From Auanema rhodensis (taxonomy: Eukaryota > Animalia > Nematoda), in the NCBI GenBank assembly GCA_964057225.1, contig OZ059900.1, positions 20,460,001 through 20,524,000 on the forward strand: DNA of 64,000 nucleotides, given 5' to 3'. A program made the position numbers and the translations under genes. Of this stretch, positions 55,101-64,000 are shown in pieces. How positions within the stretch are numbered: the stretch's first letter is position 1; each line of letters starts with the position of its first letter. The notes below the pieces were generated by a model, which was given only the letters and a program-made list of their open reading frames with translations, did not search any database and was not told the origin of the DNA.

Positions 55101-58100
55101 TTCATATGAGTCGTCAAATGCAACGAATTTCAGCGTGTTACATACTAAAATGAAGCATTTTACATACTGAACACTAGAAATATACAAAAACACAGTATTT
55201 CCCATGAGAAATATTTTATTATGCTGGAAAACCAGTTTTTGGAAATTTCGCTGTAAACAAGGTTTTGACTTACGATTTCATGTGTTCAAACTCATGCAAT
55301 GTCAATGAAACCTAGCTCAAAATTGTTTGTACAACGTCTAGTTCCACTTTCACGACAAAAAAACAGGGGTTAGAAAATTAAGGAAATTAGCATATTCTGA
55401 GGGCACGCCCCTTATGGCTAATATTGATTAAATCGATTTTTGTTTATATGAGTCGTCAAATGCAACGAATTTCAGCGTGTTACATACTAAAATGAAGCAT
55501 TTTACATGCTGAACACTAGAAAAATACAAAAACACAGTATTTCCCACGAGAAATATTTTATTATGCTGGAAAACCAGTTTTTGGAAATTTCGCTGTAAAC
55601 AAGGTTTTGACTTACGATATCATGTGTTCAAACTCATGCAATGTCAATGGAACCTAGCTCAAAATTGTTCGTACAACGTCTAGTTCCACTTTCACGACAA
55701 AAAAACAGGGGTTAGAAAATTAAGGAAATTAGCATATTCTGAGGGCACGCCCCTTATGGCTAATATTGATTAAATCGATTTTGTTCATATGAGTCGTCAA
55801 ATGCAACGAATTTCAGCGTGTTACATACTAAAATGAAGCATTTTACATGCTGAACACCAGAAAAATACAAAAACACAGTATTTCCCATGAGAAATATTTT
55901 ATTATGCTGGAAAACCAGTTTTTGGAAATTTCGCTGTAAACAAGGTTTTGACTTACGATATCATGTGTTCAAACTCATGCAATGTCAATGGAACCTAGCT
56001 CAAAATTGTTCGTACAACGTCTAGTTCCACTTTCACGACAAAAAAACAGGGGTTAGAAAATTAAGGAAATTAGCATATTCTGAGGGCACGCCCCTTATGG
56101 CTAATATTGATTAAATCGATTTTTGTTTATATGAGTCGTCAAATGCAACGAATTTCAGCGTGTTACATACTAAAATGAAGCATTTTACATGCTGAACACT
56201 AGAAAAATACAAAAACACAGTATTTCCCACGAGAAATATTTTATTATGCTGGAAAACCAGTTTTTGGAAATTTCGCTGTAAACAAGGTTTTGACTTACGA
56301 TATCATGTGTTCAAACTCATGCAATGTCAATGGAACCTAGCTCAAAATTGTTCGTACAACGTCTAGTTCCACTTTCACGACAAAAAAACAGGGGTTAGAA
56401 AATTAAGGAAATTAGCATATTCTGAGGGCACGCCCCTTATGGCTAATATTGATTAAATCGATTTTTGTTCATATGAGTCGTCAAATGCAACGAATTTCAG
56501 CGTGTTACATACTAAAATGAAGCATTTTACATACTGAACACTAGAAAAATACAAAAACACAGTATTTCCCATGAGAAATATTTTATTATGCTGGAAAACC
56601 AGTTTTTGGAAATTTCGCTGTAAACAAGGTTTTGACTTACGATTTCATGTGTTCAAACTCATGCAATGTCAATGAAACCTAGCTCAAAATTGTTCGTACA
56701 ACGTCTAGTTCCACTTTCACGACAAAAAAACAGGGGTTAGAAAATTAAGGAAATTAGCATATTCTGAGGGCACGCCCCTTATGGCTAATATTGATTAAAT
56801 CGATTTTTGTTTATATGAGTCGTCAAATGCAACGAATTTCAGCGTGTTACATACTAAAATGAAGCATTTTACATGCTGAACACTAGAAAAATACAAAAAC
56901 ACAGTATTTCCCACGAGAAATATTTTATTATGCTGGAAAACCAGTTTTTGGAAATTTCGCTGTAAACAAGGTTTTGACTTACGATATCATGTGTTCAAAC
57001 TCATGCAATGTCAATGGAACCTAGCTCAAAATTGTTCGTACAACGTCTAGTTCCACTTTCACGACAAAAAAACAGGGGTTAGAAAATTAAGGAAATTAGC
57101 ATATTCTGAGGGCACGCCCCTTATGGCTAATATTGATTAAATCGATTTTGTTCATATGAGTCGTCAAATGCAACGAATTTCAGCGTGTTACATACTAAAA
57201 TGAAGCATTTTACATGCTGAACACCAGAAAAATACAAAAACACAGTATTTCCCATGAGAAATATTTTATTATGCTGGAAAACCAGTTTTTGGAAATTTCG
57301 CTGTAAACAAGGTTTTGACTTACGATATCATGTGTTCAAACTCATGCAATGTCAATGGAACCTAGCTCAAAATTGTTCGTACAACGTCTAGTTCCACTTT
57401 CACGACAAAAAAACAGGGGTTAGAAAATTAAGGAAATTAGCATATTCTGAGGGCACGCCCCTTATGGCTAATATTGATTAAATCGATTTTTGTTTATATG
57501 AGTCGTCAAATGCAACGAATTTCAGCGTGTTACATACTAAAATGAAGCATTTTACATGCTGAACACTAGAAAAATACAAAAACACAGTATTTCCCACGAG
57601 AAATATTTTATTATGCTGGAAAACCAGTTTTTGGAAATTTCGCTGTAAACAAGGTTTTGACTTACGATTTCATGTGTTCAAACTCATGCAATGTCAATGA
57701 AACCTAGCTCAAATTTGTTCGTACAACGTCTAGTTCCACTTTCACGACAAAAAAACAGGGGTTAGAAAATTAAGGAAATTAGCATATTCTGAGGGCACGC
57801 CCCTTATGGCTAATATTGATTAAATCGATTTTTGTTCATATGAGTCGTCAAATGCAACGAATTTCAGCGTGTTACATACTAAAATGAAGCATTTTACATG
57901 CTGAACACTAGAAAAATACAAAAACACAGTATTTCCCACGAGAAATATTTTATTATGCTGGAAAACCAGTTTTTGGAAATTTCGCTGTAAACAAGGTTTT
58001 GACTTACGATTTCATGTGTTCAAACTCATGCAATGTCAATGAAACCTAGCTCAAATTTGTTCGTACAACGTCTAGTTCCACTTTCACGACAAAAAAACAG

Positions 58101-61100
58101 GGGTTAGAAAATTAAGGAAATTAGCATATTCTGAGGGCACGCCCCTTATGGCTAATATTGATTAAATCGATTTTTGTTCATATGAGTCGTCAAATGCAAC
58201 GAATTTCAGCGTGTTACATACTAAAATGAAGCATTTTACATGCTGAACACTAGAAAAATACAAAAACACAGTATTTCCCACGAGAAATATTTTATTATGC
58301 TGGAAAACCAGTTTTTGGAAATTTCGCTGTAAACAAGGTTTTGACTTACGATATCATGTGTTCAAACTCATGCAATGTCAATGGAACCTAGCTCAAAATT
58401 GTTCGTACAACGTCTAGTTCCACTTTCACGACAAAAAAACAGGGGTTAGAAAATTAAGGAAATTAGCATATTCTGAGGGCACGCCCCTTATGGCTAATAT
58501 TGATTAAATCGATTTTTGTTTATATGAGTCGTCAAATGCAACGAATTTCAGCGTGTTACATACTAAAATGAAGCATTTTACATGCTGAACACTAGAAAAA
58601 TACAAAAACACAGTATTTCCCACGAGAAATATTTTATTATGCTGGAAAACCAGTTTTTGGAAATTTCGCTGTAAACAAGGTTTTGACTTACGATATCATG
58701 TGTTCAAACTCATGCAATGTCAATGGAACCTAGCTCAAAATTGTTCGTACAACGTCTAGTTCCACTTTCACGACAAAAAAACAGGGGTTAGAAAATTAAG
58801 GAAATTAGCATATTCTGAGGGCACGCCCCTTATGGCTAATATTGATTAAATCGATTTTTGTTCATATGAGTCGTCAAATGCAACGAATTTCAGCGTGTTA
58901 CATACTAAAATGAAGCATTTTACATACTGAACACTAGAAAAATACAAAAACACAGTATTTCCCATGAGAAATATTTTATTATGCTGGAAAACCAGTTTTT
59001 GGAAATTTCGCTGTAAACAAGGTTTTGACTTACGATTTCATGTGTTCAAACTCATGCAATGTCAATGAAACCTAGCTCAAAATTGTTCGTACAACGTCTA
59101 GTTCCACTTTCACGACAAAAAAACAGGGGTTAGAAAATTAAGGAAATTAGCATATTCTGAGGGCACGCCCCTTATGGCTAATATTGATTAAATCGATTTT
59201 TGTTCATATGAGTCGTCAAATGCAACGAATTTCAGCGTGTTACATACTAAAATGAAGCATTTTACATGCTGAACACCAGAAAAATACAAAAACACAGTAT
59301 TTCCCATGAGAAATATTTTATTATGCTGGAAAACCAGTTTTTGGAAATTTCGCTGTAAACAAGGTTTTGACTTACGATTTCATGTGTTCAAACTCATGCA
59401 ATGTCAATGAAACCTAGCTCAAATTTGTTCGTACAACGTCTAGTTCCACTTTCACGACAAAAAAACAGGGGTTAGAAAATTAAGGAAATTAGCATATTCT
59501 GAGGGCACGCCCCTTATGGCTAATATTGATTAAATCGATTTTTGTTCATATGAGTCGTCAAATGCAACGAATTTCAGCGTGTTACATACTAAAATGAAGC
59601 ATTTTACATACTGAACACTAGAAAAATACAAAAACACAGTATTTCCCATGAGAAATATTTTATTATGCTGGAAAACCAGTTTTTGGAAATTTCGCTGTAA
59701 ACAAGGTTTTGACTTACGATTTCATGTGTTCAAACTCATGCAATGTCAATGAAACCTAGCTCAAAATTGTTTGTACAACGTCTAGTTCCACTTTCACGAC
59801 AAAAAAACAGGGGTTAGAAAATTAAGGAAATTAGCATATTCTGAGGGCACGCCCCTTATGGCTAATATTGATTAAATCGATTTTTGTTTATATGAGTCGT
59901 CAAATGCAACGAATTTCAGCGTGTTACATACTAAAATGAAGCATTTTACATGCTGAACACTAGAAAAATACAAAAACACAGTATTTCCCACGAGAAATAT
60001 TTTATTATGCTGGAAAACCAGTTTTTGGAAATTTCGCTGTAAACAAGGTTTTGACTTACGATATCATGTGTTCAAACTCATGCAATGTCAATGGAACCTA
60101 GCTCAAAATTGTTCGTACAACGTCTAGTTCCACTTTCACGACAAAAAAACAGGGGTTAGAAAATTAAGGAAATTAGCATATTCTGAGGGCATGCCCCTTA
60201 TGGCTAATATTGATTAAATCGATTTTGTTCATATGAGTCGTCAAATGCAACGAATTTCAGCGTGTTACATACTAAAATGAAGCATTTTACATGCTGAACA
60301 CCAGAAAAATACAAAAACACAGTATTTCCCATGAGAAATATTTTATTATGCTGGAAAACCAGTTTTTGGAAATTTCGCTGTAAACAAGGTTTTGACTTAC
60401 GATATCATGTGTTCAAACTCATGCAATGTCAATGGAACCTAGCTCAAAATTGTTCGTACAACGTCTAGTTCCACTTTCACGACAAAAAAACAGGGGTTAG
60501 AAAATTAAGGAAATTAGCATATTCTGAGGGCACGCCCCTTATGGCTAATATTGATTAAATCGATTTTTGTTTATATGAGTCGTCAAATGCAACGAATTTC
60601 AGCGTGTTACATACTAAAATGAAGCATTTTACATGCTGAACACTAGAAAAATACAAAAACACAGTATTTCCCACGAGAAATATTTTATTATGCTGGAAAA
60701 CCAGTTTTTGGAAATTTCGCTGTAAACAAGGTTTTGACTTACGATTTCATGTGTTCAAACTCATGCAATGTCAATGAAACCTAGCTCAAATTTGTTCGTA
60801 CAACGTCTAGTTCCACTTTCACGACAAAAAAACAGGGGTTAGAAAATTAAGGAAATTAGCATATTCTGAGGGCACGCCCCTTATGGCTAATATTGATTAA
60901 ATCGATTTTTGTTCATATGAGTCGTCAAATGCAACGAATTTCAGCGTGTTACATACTAAAATGAAGCATTTTACATGCTGAACACTAGAAAAATACAAAA
61001 ACACAGTATTTCCCACGAGAAATATTTTATTATGCTGGAAAACCAGTTTTTGGAAATTTCGCTGTAAACAAGGTTTTGACTTACGATTTCATGTGTTCAA

Positions 61101-64000
61101 ACTCATGCAATGTCAATGAAACCTAGCTCAAATTTGTTCGTACAACGTCTAGTTCCACTTTCACGACAAAAAAACAGGGGTTAGAAAATTAAGGAAATTA
61201 GCATATTCTGAGGGCACGCCCCTTATGGCTAATATTGATTAAATCGATTTTTGTTCATATGAGTCGTCAAATGCAACGAATTTCAGCGTGTTACATACTA
61301 AAATGAAGCATTTTACATGCTGAACACTAGAAAAATACAAAAACACAGTATTTCCCACGAGAAATATTTTATTATGCTGGAAAACCAGTTTTTGGAAATT
61401 TCGCTGTAAACAAGGTTTTGACTTACGATATCATGTGTTCAAACTCATGCAATGTCAATGGAACCTAGCTCAAAATTGTTCGTACAACGTCTAGTTCCAC
61501 TTTCACGACAAAAAAACAGGGGTTAGAAAATTAAGGAAATTAGCATATTCTGAGGGCACGCCCCTTATGGCTAATATTGATTAAATCGATTTTTGTTCAT
61601 ATGAGTCGTCAAATGCAACGAATTTCAGCGTGTTACATACTAAAATGAAGCATTTTACATGCTGAACACCAGAAAAATACAAAAACACAGTATTTCTCAT
61701 GAGAAATATTTTATTATGCTGGAAAACCAGTTTTTGGAAATTTCGCTGTAAACAAGGTTTTGACTTACGATTTCATGTGTTCAAACTCATGCAATGTCAA
61801 TGAAACCTAGCTCAAAATTGTTCGTACAACGTCTAGTTCCACTTTCACGACAAAAAAACAAGGGTTAGAAATTTAAGGAAATTAGCATATTCTGAGGGCA
61901 CGCCCCTTATGGCTAATATTGATTAAATCGATTTTGTTCATATGAGTCGTCAAATGCAACGAATTTCAGCGTGTTACATACTAAAATGAAACATTTTACA
62001 TGCTGAACACCAGAAAAATACAAAAACACAGTATTTCCCATGAGAAATATTTTATTATGCTGGAAAACCAGTTTTTGGAAATTTCGCTGTAAACAAGGTT
62101 TTGACTTACGATTTCATGTGTTCAAACTCATGCAATGTCAATGGAACCTAGCTCAAATTTGTTCGTACAACGTCTAGTTCCACTTTCACGACAAAAAAAC
62201 AGGGGTTAGAAAATTAAGGAAATTAGCATATTCTGAGGGCACGCCCCTTATGGCTAATATTGATTAAATCGATTTTTGTTCATATGAGTCGTCAAATGCA
62301 ACGAATTTCAGCGTGTTACATACTAAAATGAAGCATTTTACATACTGAACACTAGAAATATACAAAAACACAGTATTTCCCACGAGAAATATTTTATTAT
62401 GCTGGAAAACCAGTTTTTGGAAATTTCGCTGTAAACAAGGTTTTGACTTACGATTTCATGTGTTCAAACTCATGCAATGTCAATGAAACCTAGCTCAAAA
62501 TTGTTTGTACAACGTCTAGTTCCACTTTCACGACAAAAAAACAGGGGTTAGAAAATTAAGGAAATTAGCATATTCTGAGGGCACGCCCCTTATGGCTAAT
62601 ATTGATTAAATCGATTTTTGTTTATATGAGTCGTCAAATGCAACGAATTTCAGCGTGTTACATACTAAAATGAAGCATTTTACATGCTGAACACTAGAAA
62701 AATACAAAAACACAGTATTTCCCACGAGAAATATTTTATTATGCTGGAAAACCAGTTTTTGGAAATTTCGCTGTAAACAAGGTTTTGACTTACGATATCA
62801 TGTGTTCAAACTCATGCAATGTCAATGGAACCTAGCTCAAAATTGTTCGTACAACGTCTAGTTCCACTTTCACGACAAAAAAACAGGGGTTAGAAAATTA
62901 AGGAAATTAGCATATTCTGAGGGCACGCCCCTTATGGCTAATATTGATTAAATCGATTTTGTTCATATGAGTCGTCAAATGCAACGAATTTCAGCGTGTT
63001 ACATACTAAAATGAAGCATTTTACATGCTGAACACCAGAAAAATACAAAAACACAGTATTTCCCATGAGAAATATTTTATTATGCTGGAAAACCAGTTTT
63101 TGGAAATTTCGCTGTAAACAAGGTTTTGACTTACGATATCATGTGTTCAAACTCATGCAATGTCAATGGAACCTAGCTCAAAATTGTTCGTACAACGTCT
63201 AGTTCCACTTTCACGACAAAAAAACAGGGGTTAGAAAATTAAGGAAATTAGCATATTCTGAGGGCACGCCCCTTATGGCTAATATTGATTAAATCGATTT
63301 TTGTTTATATGAGTCGTCAAATGCAACGAATTTCAGCGTGTTACATACTAAAATGAAGCATTTTACATGCTGAACACTAGAAAAATACAAAAACACAGTA
63401 TTTCCCACGAGAAATATTTTATTATGCTGGAAAACCAGTTTTTGGAAATTTCGCTGTAAACAAGGTTTTGACTTACGATATCATGTGTTCAAACTCATGC
63501 AATGTCAATGGAACCTAGCTCAAAATTGTTCGTACAACGTCTAGTTCCACTTTCACGACAAAAAAACAGGGGTTAGAAAATTAAGGAAATTAGCATATTC
63601 TGAGGGCACGCCCCTTATGGCTAATATTGATTAAATCGATTTTTGTTCATATGAGTCGTCAAATGCAACGAATTTCAGCGTGTTACATACTAAAATGAAG
63701 CATTTTACATACTGAACACTAGAAAAATACAAAAACACAGTATTTCCCATGAGAAATATTTTATTATGCTGGAAAACCAGTTTTTGGAAATTTCGCTGTA
63801 AACAAGGTTTTGACTTACGATTTCATGTGTTCAAACTCATGCAATGTCAATGAAACCTAGCTCAAAATTGTTCGTACAACGTCTAGTTCCACTTTCACGA
63901 CAAAAAAACAGGGGTTAGAAAATTAAGGAAATTAGCATATTCTGAGGGCACGCCCCTTATGGCTAATATTGATTAAATCGATTTTTGTTCATATGAGTCG

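Larger units (their letters stand above)
45915..64000 (-). repeat. Same 341/342-bp satellite in reverse-complement orientation (~53 copies)
   Basis: After 45914 the sequence reads as the reverse complement of the monomer (e.g. gagggcacgccccttatggctaatattg = rc of caatattagccataaggggcgtgccctc). The period is 341 or 342. The array runs off the right edge. Confidence 0.99.

Noticed and set aside
1-64000. CRISPR array or other repeat-spacer system
   Set aside because: There are no unique spacers: the entire 342-bp unit is repeated. No cas-like ORFs are present.
45914-64000. Inversion as a simple fold-back read chimera
   Set aside because: A chimera would mirror the forward-arm variants, but the inverted arm has different private variants and HORs. 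A mis-join is not fully excluded without reads.

Overview
The whole 64-kb window is a single AT-rich (~34% GC by hand count of one monomer), highly homogeneous tandem satellite array with a 342-bp monomer (~187 copies; monomers typically differ from consensus by 0-5 changes). It looks like eukaryotic centromeric or heterochromatic satellite DNA, but I cannot name the family or organism. I find no credible genes, RNA genes, transposons or CRISPR. The 24 near-identical 69-aa ORFs arise from one TGA>AGA variant in a monomer subfamily. The main non-trivial feature is an orientation switch at ~45,914, with ~134 monomers in one orientation followed by ~53 reverse-complement monomers. The junction is complex: imperfect microhomology, a 33-bp fold-back, a 56-bp deletion replaced by a 9-bp templated insertion, and nearby substitutions. 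Diagnostic variants also reveal nested higher-order repeats and duplications (2-, 3-, 4-, 5-, 8-, 9-, 13- and 21-monomer offsets, plus a ~34-35-kb remote duplication) and spatially separate monomer subfamilies. All coordinates and counts were derived by eye and should be confirmed computationally.
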